Notes under the pieces: generated by a model
The model's input: only the letters and a program-made list of their open reading frames with translations
Databases searched by the model: none
Told to the model about the DNA's origin: nothing
In this document: positions 1 to 12,200 of the stretch, piece by piece
Position numbering within the stretch: position 1 is the stretch's first letter
Layout: each line of letters begins with the position of its first letter
Made by a program: the position numbers and the translations under genes
Assembly (NCBI GenBank): GCA_013239625.1
Contig: MU054466.1
Coordinates: 496,001 to 560,000, forward strand
Direction: 5' to 3'
DNA: 64,000 nt
DNA from: Lama guanicoe
Lineage: Eukaryota

Positions 1-215
1 TCAGGCTGTACTCTTAGGATGTCCTCCCATATGCTGGTGACTGTACCTCTGCTTCTCTTCTGGAAACCTTGGGTTGGGCGTTGCGAGGAGGAAGGGTAAA
101 GTTTGGCGTTAAGTCTCTGACCCAAACGCTGAAGGACTGCAGGTGCTAGTTTCAGAGATAGGTCGGGAGGACCTCACTAGTCTGTGCAGTAACCATCTCG
201 TGTCATTTACGACAG

Positions 216-296
216 ATAATTCGTGTCCAGTCCCCCGACGGGGTGAAGAGGATCACAGCAACGAAGAGGGAGACAGCTGCGGCGTTTCTGAAGAAG
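216..296 (+). CDS. NPLOC4: NPLOC4 exon 2
   Basis: gacag|ATA...AAG|gtacct; [27 protein letters not shown]. Confidence 0.95.
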
Positions 297-3200
297 GTAC
301 CTGTGGGCTGTCCACCTTCCCGCCCCACTGCCGTCGCCTTCCTGCTCTGTGTGTGTCTCTTTTCCTCATCTCCTGGTTCCGCCCCCTCCCAAGTTCAGCC
401 TCTTGCATTGCTTTTCTCTGTCATGATTGGGGGGTCAGATGTGTCGCAGCTGACCACTGCTGCCCTTGTAGGACCAAGAGCCCAAGGGTAAGTAGAAGAG
501 GATTTCACAGGAGTAATACTTATAAGCGTGAATAATCAGAGTGGAGAACTTGAATTGTCTATCAAAGGGGAGTTAAAAATGCGATTCCACTTCGTTCTAG
601 AAAATATTAGAGCCATGTGCAACCCATCTATTGTGGGAGCACAGAATATGATTTGAAAGAGCACAAGCGAGATTCAAAAGGGGGAACACCTGGAAGGAAG
701 GCCAAAGCGAGGAGAGTGGCTTTCGCTTTATGCCCATAGCACAGGTCGGTGCGCCGCGGCGCGGGCCTGGCCTGCCGTTTCCGTTGCAATGCGGCCACGA
801 GTGCTGCTGTAGGCGCTGTCTGGCTGCTTTTGAGCGCCAGGGCAGGGCTGAGTAGCTTGACAGACCATGTGGCCTGCAAAACTGAAAATACTTACTGCTT
901 GACCCTTCACAGAAAGAGTCTGCCAACCTCTATGCATTCTTTATTATTTGAATTTATTGCAAGCAGGTGTTATCTTTGTAATGATAAAAATTAGTGTTCT
1001 TCATTTTTCATGCTTTCATTTAGCATTTTATTTTATTCTTACATAAAGTGCTTTTTAAGGCTGATTTGGAATCGTGTTTATGATATAAACATAAGGAGGA
1101 GAATCCGAGTTGAATTAAGTGGGTAGGATCCCTTTGTGACACTTCATTCAGAGTCCAGCCTTCCTGAACCATTTTTTGTCTCAGCTGTCAACGTCCTTGA
1201 AGGGGTCCTCATCTGCCCTCTCAGGAGGGTCAGCGTGCCAACCGCCGACACCTGTTCTGCAGGTGCTGCTGCTGGGTTCCCTGCGTCTCACCCGTGGGGC
1301 TCAGCCGCCGAGATCGCCACTCCTTCCTTGACTGATCATTAAATGGCTTGTTTGGTAGAAATATTGGGGGGTGACAGTTGTTCAGCTTCTTGGGTGACAA
1401 GTCTGCGTGAGTCCAGGCAGTGACCGGTGTGTCAGCTCTGCTAAGACGCTGTTGCTGTAAGAGGCACCCATTCCAGCGATGTGAAATCTTACCTGTGATC
1501 GTTTGTAACCCGCTTTTTTTCACCTGATGACGGTTATGGACATGGTTCTATGTCAACAAGCGTAGATTTACATCCTTTTTTTTTTCAATAAGTTATTTCC
1601 TTTTTATTTTTGCAATGTCATTCCATATCTTTTTTTAATTGTGATTTTAAAAAAGCATAAAATTTGCCACATAAACCGTGTTTCTGCATGCCTTTCAGTC
1701 GTGTTAAACATACTCACGGTGTTATGCAGCCGTCACCCCCACCCGTCTCCAGACTTTCTTCATCTTCCCAAACGGAAACTCTCTCCCCATTGGACTGACT
1801 CCCCCTCCCCGTGCCGTGGCCCCCACCATTTCTGCTTTCTGTCTTCATGAATTTGGCTCCTCCAGGGACCTCATGTTAGTGGACTCATGCTGATTTATAA
1901 TGACTCATGATGTGGCTGTGCATTTGTGCTCTATCATTGGACTTTGAGATGGCCTCTCTGTCCCCTCACAAACCTGTCTGCAAAGTGTGTGCTGGCCTCT
2001 GTGACATTGTTGTCTCTCGGTTGCTGTCTCCATACTTGACAGCCTTTACCCTGCTTTAATGTGTGGCTTTATGCCCTCTAAGGAAGTTGGTTCTGCAAGT
2101 GTGATGAGATGGCTTGTGTCAAAACTGTCTCATAGAATTTTGATTTACTGATTCCTTTGAGACCATCTAATGCTTCCTAGTCAAGAATTCCTTCTCTGTG
2201 CATCATCGGACCACAGACCCCTCCCAGACAGGCTCTTCTGGCTGTCTGTCACTCGAAGGCACCTTCCCTCTCCTCCAAGACCCAAGGCTCTGCTTCTGCT
2301 GTCGTCTCTCCCATGAAATGGCCCTCTCTGAGTCACCCTGGACCCTACCTGCCTGGGCTGGTGGCCGTGTTCAGTCCTAGCTTGATTGACCTCTCAGCAG
2401 CAGCAGGGGACACGATGCCTTCTCCTTACAGTACTTACACGTTAAAAAAAAAATTATTTATTATTGTATTATTTAATTACTTTAATTTTAGGGGGGAGGT
2501 AATTAGTTTTATTTTTGGAGGAAGTTCTGGGGATTGAACCAAGGACCTCCTGCATGCTAAGCATGTGCTCTGCCACGGAGCTATACCCTCCCCCCTTAAA
2601 CTTTTTTTTTTTTAACAGTGAAGTAAAATACCTTCTAGGAAATGCTTGAAAATGTGAACAGATTGATGATGAAGCAAACACGCAGGTCCAGGTGGAGGCA
2701 GTGCCAGCCTCCGGAAGCCACCGGTCAGCCTTCCCACTCCCTCCCCCGCTGCCACCCTCTCCTGCCCTGTTGGGTTGTGCCCACCTGTCCTGTGTTTCAC
2801 CACCTCAGTATGCGTTCCTAAACCCTGCATTTAGTTTTGCCTGTTTTGGAACTTAAAATAAATGGAACCAGGCCATGCCTTCTTTTTTGTTACCTTCAAC
2901 TATAAACATTTGTATTAATTTTACTCCATACCATGTTTCTGGTTTCGTTATGCTAGTTACACATCAGGATTACCTCAGGTGTGAAATACAGTTCTTAGGA
3001 TTTTAGTCATGCTCTTGTAAGACTCTGCTAAGGTTTTTAGAAAATGCTTGTCACCTTAGGTTTCTGTACCTTTAGGTAAAGACCACACAGAGCTTACGGG
3101 AGCAGTTACTTTCACAGCAAAGAACCTAATGCATACATTTCTGTGTCTCGCAAAAGTGAGGTTCAGGGTATGTGAAGTACTGTTGCTGTTACCGTATTTG

Positions 3201-6200
3201 AAGAGGTAGCTGCATCTCAGTCCTGACAGAAAGGGCAGAGCTGGGTCGCGTGGTCACCGGGGAGTCCACTCTGTTCACGCGGCAGCCACGCAAGACCGCG
3301 TGCTGCTCTGGAGGCCGCGTTTCTTTCTTCCCGGGAGTGTTGCAGTAACTCACAGCTGACACTCTTGGAACAGGAGTTCTCGTCCTTGGCAATAGCTTGC
3401 CGTGCTTTGTCTACAGAAAAACGTTGTTTTTGCAGAATAGATAAAATGCCACAATTTGTAGTTGGAATTTGACACAACATTGTAAAATGACTATAACTCA
3501 ATTAAAAAAGCTAAAAAAAAGCCGCTATTTGTTAATTTCTATTTGTATCTGTTTCAGAAAAAAGTCAAAGACATTCTTTTTAGTCTTTAGTCTCGCCTCT
3601 GTTTTCGCACTTGAGAATACAAATTTCATGGTCTTAATTTCCTGATACTTAATTTTATTAATGACACTTTTAACTTGGAGAAAAAAAATCCCATGGTATC
3701 AAATATTTATAATACATGATACAAAATCTTAACTTTGTCTTAAAGGCTATTTTTTACTGTCATTTTCTGAATTTGAGTAACAAGGTGATTTGGAATTACT
3801 TTTAATCCATTTTTTTTTAATCAGTAGAAAATAAGGTTAGTGCATAAACTTAATCATCAAATCAACTCTTGTTTTCCTTACAGTAAGTAATCACTAGGCT
3901 TTGTCAGTAATCCCCTGTTAAAGGACAGATCAGCCGTAGGTGAAAAGCAGCAGGGAGAACCAGGTGTACACTAGGGCTGAGCCGGACGCGGCCCGCTGCC
4001 GACCTGTGCCGTCCCTGCCCTGCCCGGCCCCTCTGTCAGCGGCTGCTGCCCTGCCGCGCGACTCGGAGCTGTTGCTGTCGCGTGCCCCCCGGGGGTGCGC
4101 TTCTGCCTGGCGGTCTTCAGCCTGAGCGATGTTGTGGGGGACGCCTGCCGGCAGCGGACACGCTCAGGCCTTGTTGACCTGAGAGCCTTTTCACTCTGCC
4201 CTTGTATTTGCAGGGAATTTTCTCCGGAGTGAGAGTCCTGAGTTGGCATGTGTTTCTTTCCGCCTCAGTCTTTCCGCTGATCTCTGGCTGATAGTGGTGT
4301 GAGGGCGACTTGCCGGACGTAGCTTTCTTTTTATTTATCCTTTGGCTTTGTTGAACTTCCTGGATTTGTTAGGCTTATGTTTTGCATCAAATCTGAGGGT
4401 TTCGGCCATTCTTTCTTCAAAGGTTTTTCAGTCCTACCCCTGTTCTCTTCTCCTGAGGGTCACTTGATACTGTCCTGGGGTTGATTTTTCTTTCAAATCT
4501 CTGTCTTCCGATTGTGTTGTTTATGTTAACTGTCTTCAGGTTAATTGAGTTTGTTTTGTCATCTCCCTTCTGCTGATAAGCCCACCCAATGAATTTTCCA
4601 CTTCATTTATTGTATTTTCAGTTGTAGAATTTCCCCTTGATTCTATTTTATCGTTTCTGTTTCTATGCCGAGATTCCCTGTCTCTTTAACTCTGATGACC
4701 CTCCAGCTCTGGCCCCTCTCCTGGTCCCAGACTCCAATTTCCTCATGAGAGAGCAAAATGACAAGAGAAATTTGATTAATGAGGAGAGTTTCTAAATTTA
4801 GTGAGTGTTTGAATAACGTCTGGTGTATCTGGTATATGTGGTCTGAGTAGCAATACTTAAATATTTTATTAAATCTCTGTTTTGGGGCTTGTTTTAGGTC
4901 GCAAAGGAGTTTGGCTTCCAAAATAATGGCTTCTCAGTTTACATCAATAGAAACAAGACTGGGGAGATCACAGCATCATCCAACAAGTCCCTCAACCTGC
5001 TGAAGATCAAGTAAGTGTCCAGCGGGCGGCGGGGTTGGGAGGCCTGAGGCCCCGGTTACGTGCCTGGGGCCACCCAGCGCTCTCCGAGCTCCTTCTCGTG
5101 CCACTGCATTCACGGTCCTGTTTGTCAACCCAGTGCCAGAGACCGTCCTTTTTGCCAGGTGTTTGGCAGCTACACTGGGGCTGCGGGTACCGGTAAGCGA
5201 TTTGACTGACTTGCAGAATTCGGGAAGGGTGTTGCCGAGGAGTAGGAGTTCCCGTCCCGGGGCGTGTGCTGCTGTACACTCAGCTGCTTCTCTGCAGGGA
5301 AAGGCCTTGATCGGAGCTCTGTGCAGAGTTCTGCCTCAGGGCCCATTGGGCAGATGGGGGGGTGGGGGGCGCAGGACAGGGGTCCGTCTCCCACGCCGTA
5401 TTTCTCACTCGCAGGAGCCTCTGGAGTGCCTTAGAATTGATGGGTAGTGTCAGAAGGAGTTTCTGGGATGCTGGGCCCGCCGCCCCACTGTATGTCCTTT
5501 TACTTCTACACGTTCATTCATTTATGTGTTTGCACACCACGAGGCAAGCTGAGTGACTGACAGGGACTGTATGGTCTGCAAAGGCTCTTTACAGAAAAGG
5601 TCTGCTAGCCCCTGTCTGAGCTGCCAGGGCCCACGTGCTCACAGATCAGTGAGCAGGACCCTTTGAGTCATTTCTGTCCTTGGGGAGCCGGTGGGGAGCC
5701 TGCTGCTGTGGCCCCAGCTGAGGGTGGGCCGGCCTTCACCGGCGTTGGGCCATGTGCCTTTTGCAGTCAGAGTGACGGGCTGTTTTATCAGTTTGTGTGT
5801 TCGTTTTCAGATTCAGGTTTAGTATACTGAGGGAAAAGTACTGGGTAAAAGTGTTAGTTTACCTGTCCTGCAGCCTGCTCGCTGCCGCCCCGGGGCGATG
5901 TGAGGCCCATGCTTGCTCACGTCCGTCTCCAGGGGGTGAGGGGCACCCTTCCTCCCAGCTTGTGAAGCACTTCTTCGTCCTAAGAGTCACTGCTCGCTGA
6001 GTTACACAGGTTTGGGTTCCTACCCCACTGCTCACTGGCTGTGTGGCCAGGGAAGTCATGTCACCTGATGGGGCCTCCCACCCTTGTGTGCAAGGGGGTC
6101 GCAGCGCCTCCTTCCCGTGGTTGCCCTGCGGTGACGGGCACCAGGTGATGGACACCGCGAGGGTTCTAGCTGTGTTTCTAAAGCTGTTCCAATGGCCAGA

Positions 6201-9200
6201 CCAGAAAGGGGCTGCGCAGTGAGACAGCTGGGAGACAGACCTGAGGTGTGCTCACACTCGGAGGGCACGCCTTTCTGAATTATCCCCGAGCTTGTCTTTC
6301 CAGTGATAGTCATGATGCTTACTGACCAGCATGGGCGTCAACTTGAGAGCCGCCTTCTGTCACTGCCCGCGAGTTACTTGGCCCGTCTTTAAGGGGGGCC
6401 CCTTTGGAGCTCGAGGTGGGCCTCAGTGCACTGTCTCGCTCCCACTGCCGCAGCTCAGCGGTCTGCTCTAGTTCTGCGTTCACTTGTAGGCTCTGTTTTT
6501 GGTTCCCCCGGTTGCTTTTAAGCTCTGTTTGTTTTGGGGTCCTGTGGTTTCTGTTTAACCTGTCTAGGTGTGGGTCCCTGGTTGGTTGGTTGGTTGAGAT
6601 GCTACCTGATGTAAGATGTATCTGCAGATCAGGTCTAGAAAATTCATGGCCCTTATCTCTTTAAATATTTCCTCTCCCCCATTCGATCTGTGTTTCAGTG
6701 ATTGCATTTCCACTTTTTTCTCTGAGTCTGTCTGATTCCTCCCAACCCTGGCTGTTAGCGCTGGTGCTCAGGGCTCCTTCCGGGCTCCTGGTCTGCACGC
6801 ACTGGCCTGCCAGACTGCCTGTGAGGACTCTGGTTCCCCTGCCACAGGCCTTCTGCCCGGGCCATCTCTTACCTGTGCTGCCCTCCTGAGTCCTGAGGAT
6901 CCTGTCGCAGTGTTGCCGGTGCTTTCCGTGGGTTCCTGTGTTGTCCAGCCTGTTCATCAGGGGACTTGGAAGAGCCACTGAGTGTGTGGCCCCGGGCCTG
7001 CTCCCCAGAGTCCCCGGACATTTCTGGATGCCTCTTGTTTGCATTCTTCTGGTCCATTTCCAGTCAACGTTCCACGCACACGTTTATGTTTTGTCCTGAG
7101 CGCCACAGCCGGAGCCCCTGGTGTCCACACCGGGCAGTTGTTGTCTGCTGGCTCTTACTTTGGTGGCTGTTTCTCTTGTTCGCTTGGGAGCTTTCTTTGA
7201 GAACTTGCGTGTGGCAGACTTGGTCTTGGGGGCCCTGAAGGACCTGGGCTTGGTGGCTTGTCCGCAGAGAGGCAGTTGCTTCTGTCTGCGCAAGGGGGCA
7301 TCGTGGGCCCAGCCCTCCTTGGGGTAATGTCTGTCTTTGGTCTCCTGAACCAGGGAGCATCCCGATTCCACCTGGATGCGTGGCAGAGCAGGCCTCTGGT
7401 TGCTGCCTCTCAGAGGTGACTGTTTCCCCGCTGCAGGGTGGATGGAGGCAGATAGGATTCCTCCCTGGTTCCTGTTCTCAGCCGGTGGATTCTCCCAGCT
7501 ATTGAGACATCCTTTGGATGTCTGGCTTTGTGTGGCGTTTCGGGCTCAGCAGCCCACCTTGGGCAGGTGGGCTCGAGGCCTCGTCTCCCGCGGATCCGGA
7601 GACCGGCTGTCAGCCAAGCTCAGGTGCCTGGGAGTGGCCAGCCAGAGGGCAGCTCTGGGCTGTGTTCTCCCACTGCTCTTGTTGAGCTGCTGTGGGTTTC
7701 TGGGACCCTCAGGGGATCCTTTCTTTATGGTCCACTGTGCATCTTGGAGCACATCTGTTAGAACTGATGGGCCAAGAGTCCTGTAGCTAGAGGGTGAGCA
7801 GCTTCGCTGCGAGACGTCTATTAGATGTAGACCATGTCCAGAGGGGTTTGTACTGTATTTGTCACCAAAAGAGAAAAACAAATGCAGAAGTTGTGTCTCT
7901 GATCATCTCAGTTTGTGAGTTGTGGATGTCCGTCCATGTCGTGTTCACGTTTGTGTGTGAATGGAGAGAAGGAAATGGAAGGATGTGTCCCAGGGAGGTG
8001 AGTGGGGGAGCCGGGCAGCCCCACGGTCCATCCTGGGACTGCAGGTCTTCTGTGCGGAACCAGACATGTGTGGACACGTAGCGTGGACTCTGCCGGGTTC
8101 TTGTGGAGAAGTTCTATTACAGTCCAGAGAACCTGCCGCCGGTTCTCTGCACGGGGAGACGGGAGAGCGAACCCTGGTTTCTTAAAATCACAAGCCTCGA
8201 TACTCAGGCCTGTGGAGCGGCTGGAGTTTGCAGGCGCCATAGATTCTCACGTGTCAGCTGCTCTCCTTTGCAGCTCAGGCTGGGAGGGAGGGCGGCCCCG
8301 ACTCATGGCTGGGCTGTCGTTGGAACAGGCACGGGGACTTGCTGTTCCTGTTTCCCTCGAGCCTTGCTGGCCCCTCGGCTGAGATGGAGACGTCGGCCCC
8401 CGTGGGGCTGAAGGCCTGCGGCGCTCCCCACGTGGTGGAAGACGAGATCGACCAGTACCTGAGCCGGCAGGACGGCAAGATCTACAGAAGCCGAGACCCG
8501 CAGCTGTGAGTGCCCGGGCGGGGCGGGGCCGCAGGCGGCCGGAGGAGGCGGCAGGAGCTTTGGGTTGGACCATCTATTTTCAGCTTGCATTTCAGTGCTA
8601 GTTACTTTGTGAGCTTTCTCTCACTGTTTGAATCTTAGTGTACGCCCCATGTGGACTTTAAGGTTTCAAATGTTGGAAACTATGAGATTTGAAAGAAGGG
8701 AGGGCCTTACACCGAGTCCTCACCACGAGTGCCCCGAGATGCCTGGGTGCACGTGCAGAGTGGGCCTCGTGCGCGCAGCGGGGCAGGAGGAGGGCGGGTA
8801 TTAGGCACCTGCTGGTGCCGGGTCTGCGGCCGTGGCACCTTGTCTGGCGGCGTCTCTGCGCAGCATGTTCTTTCTGCCGGAGATGCTGCTCCTTCCCCAA
8901 GGAGCCGCTTTGTGCCTGGTTGTGTGAAATGCTTAGGCTTGTGGACATGTGTGTCTTTTAGGTTCTGTGCTGTTCTGTTTAAGGAGACCAGGTAGGAAAG
9001 GCTGAGCTCACACTCAGTGACGTGAAATCATCTGAGGGAGGGTGGTTGGTCTCGGCAGTGGAGTCCTTGGTGGCTGTATCCGTCTGTGAGGGTGATGGGT
9101 GCTGCGTTAGCAGCTCATACGTCTTAGGTTAGAGCCCTGAGGGGTGCCAGGCTGCAGTTGGCGTGGGGCCACTTCCCGGTCAGGGCCGTGGGCTGGCTCA

Positions 9201-12200
9201 CGGCCTCCATCTGCAGTCCTCCTGGGACCCAGCGACCGTGAGGCTTCACTGGGAGTCCTTCAGAGGGTGCACGTGTGTGTGCGTGCGTGTGCTCGTGCTC
9301 CGACCTGTCCCCCAGAGGAGCCTGCCTGTCAGGAGACACAGGCCCTGTCTACCTGGAAATGTAGAACGTGGTGCATCTACGAGTTGTGACTGCATGTGGG
9401 AAGTGACCTGATGGAGCCTGCCACCGCCCTTGCCACCTGAGCGTCACCTCCCCATTGTCACAGTGTGTGCGTGGAGCCGCCGAGGCTCCCTGACCAAAAT
9501 GTCAGAAACTCACAGAGCCAACCACCATTTATGCCCTTTTTACTGAAATGTGCACGAAGTGGGTGTTCTCCACACTTGGGTTTCTTACGTATTGGGCTCA
9601 GGGTTTTGCCGTGTCTGTGTACCAGCTTAGTCTTTGCGTAACGTTCCTGTTTAAATTGGCTTGAAACCCACTCTCTTCTGTATTTAGTCAGTGTCGTTCA
9701 AGCAGCTAGTACCCGTGAGGTCACAGGTTTGCTGTGCTGGTCGGCGTTTCCTGGTACACACAATGAGAGCAGTTCACTGGGCACCCCTGCAGGGAGTTTC
9801 ACGTGCGTGGGGAAGCTCTCTGCTCGGTACAACGTGCATTTCAAGTGTCAGCCCGGAGTGGGCAGCACCAGCAGGGCAGGCGTGCTGACGCCACGTTTCT
9901 CTCCTGTGCCCTCAGGTGCCGGCACGGGCCCCTGGGGAAGTGTGTGCACTGTGTTCCTCTAGAGGTGAGTCCTCGCTCATGAGTCCCCGTCTGGCGTGAC
10001 GCGCGGCTTCCCGGAGCCGACTAAGCGCTTTTGCTGGGTCCCTGCATTCCCTGGGTCCCTGCTCTCCCTGGGTGCCTGCATTCCCTGGGTCCCGGTGCTC
10101 CCTGGGTCCCTGCTCTCCCTGGGTCCCTGCTCTCCCTGAGTCCCTGCACTTGGTCTGGAGTTAAAGGAGCTGCTTTGTTCCTTGCCCTGGGCCACCTGTC
10201 CCCACCAGTGCGGGCTGCCCTGAGAGGATGGGCCTTTCTTTATGCGAGCAGGCTTCCTGTGGATAATGGAAGCTGCAGCCTCCGCGCTGCTGTGATGAAG
10301 GGCGGCATTTGCCCCAGGCCCCGGACAATCTTTTGAGCCCCGCACGAAGCCAGGCCTGCCGTTTTCCTGCTCGGCACTGTTGTGATTGACTTGGCGCTGA
10401 CCCTCACGTCTCCTGTACCGATTCATTCTGGTGAGACTGAGAGTCACGCCGACGCGGTGGGCGAGCAGGGCCAGCCTGGCTGTTTGCTCAGCTCCTCTGG
10501 TGCTTTTTTCTTTTTTTGCAAAATGTACCTGACACTGACCTGACTTAGACCTTTGTATTTAATAGAGATTCTCTTTGACTTTGAAAAGATGACTGGTACC
10601 CAGAGAACTTGGCTCTGACCTAGAATGATAAGTGGGGACCCAGTGTCTGCTCCCCGACTGCACGCCACGGCACTGGCCAGTGAGGCAGTGGCGGCTGCGT
10701 CTCCCTGCGCGGAGCTGCCCGGTGCCTCCGGCCTCGCGCGCCCAGCAGCAGGTGCCTGACGGCGTCCACTGTGTGTTTTGACAGCCGTTCGACGAGGACT
10801 ACCTGAACCACCTGGAGCCTCCCGTGAAGCACATGTCCTTCCACGCCTATATCCGGAAGCTGACCGGAGGGGCCGACAAGTAAGCAGCTGGCTCGCAGGG
10901 GCGGCGCCGACGAGGGTCGGGGCTCGGATGTTTGTTCTCTGTCCCTGGCACATGCTGCTCAAGCCCCTGGGCACGTGAGTGAGAGAAGTAAAGATCAGAG
11001 TCTGGGCACAGAATGTTTGAATGTGTGAGTTTTGCCCCAAGTCTAGAAACGGGTGGGGACTCTGATGCCTGTGCCCAGGCGGGGCAGGGGCCAGGCTGGC
11101 GGGGCCGCTCTGGAGGCCCTGGGACACCTTGCCAGCCTTCCCTCGGGCTTGCGGTGCCCTGGCAACTTACTGCCTGTGAAGGTGGATGAGATAAAGTGTG
11201 GTGGTGGCCAGTCATATGTCTAGAGTCTGGGCTCTCCCTCTGTTTTGTGGAGAGCCTGAACTAGCCTGTGGTCATCCTGGCTCCGCTTCGCAGCTGCCAT
11301 CAGCCCTTTGCCCTGGAGCCTGCCTCTCCATCCGCTTCATGTCGCAGCCACACGGGGCTGAGTCAGTGGCCTCCCCCGGCCTGGCCTTGCCAGGTCTCGG
11401 CATTGCCATCTGTGGTCTCAGCCGGGCGGGCAGCGGGGGCGACTGTGCCCTGGCTGCTTGGGTGCAGGCTGTGACAGCGGCCAGACGGGGCGAGCTGAGA
11501 GCATTTGACTTCTTTGAAAGCATGTCACGTCCTCGCCATTGCAGGCCCATCTGTTGCTGTTCACCTGACATTTCATCCCATGATTTTATGATCCCATCCA
11601 TGCAACAAGAGGGGACGGTGGCTGAACCTGAGTCAGCAGCATTTTGTAAAGAATGTCGTGTTGGCCTGCTTGTAGTTTTTCTTGGGCAACCTGCTGACAT
11701 CCTAAAATAACTTTTAAAAAGTTAGATGGGGAAAAAAACCTCAGCAGAAACCCATTCTTTCCCATCTGTGGGGTAAGCTCAGAAACGTTCTGACCCAGAG
11801 AATGAGTGTGCTGGGGTCTCTGGCTTTTTGTTGGTCTAGGTCGTGGCTCACTTGTCGCTGTCAGTAACGTGCAGGCTTGGTGGCAGTCGTGGCCTCCCAG
11901 GCGCCCTCATTCCAGCACGCTGCTGGCTTGGGAAGACAAGACTGAATCGTTGGACCATTTTGTGAACAGGAAACTGGCAGAGGGTGAAGTAACTTGTGCA
12001 CGTTCACCCCAGGTTCAGAGTGGGGCCCAGGGCTTCCTCGCTGGCCATCTTCCGTCAGTGGTTTTTATCTTAGCTGAAGGGAGAGTGAAGGTATCTTTGT
12101 TGTGTGTCCTAATCAGGATTTTACTACGAATAAGAACTTTATACAGAAGCCTGAGGACTAGACTTCTAACGTCAGTGTTTCTGAGAAGCTGATGAAACGT

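Noticed and set aside
2101-2152. C/D-box-like GTGATGA...CTGA
   Set aside because: Too short, no terminal stem, no recognisable rRNA guide
2520-2595. Possible tRNA-Ala(AGC) gene
   Set aside because: Degenerate stems and a SINE-type A-rich tail; called as a SINE
10034-10149. CRISPR-like appearance of short repeats
   Set aside because: Contiguous tandem units with no spacers, in a mammalian intron
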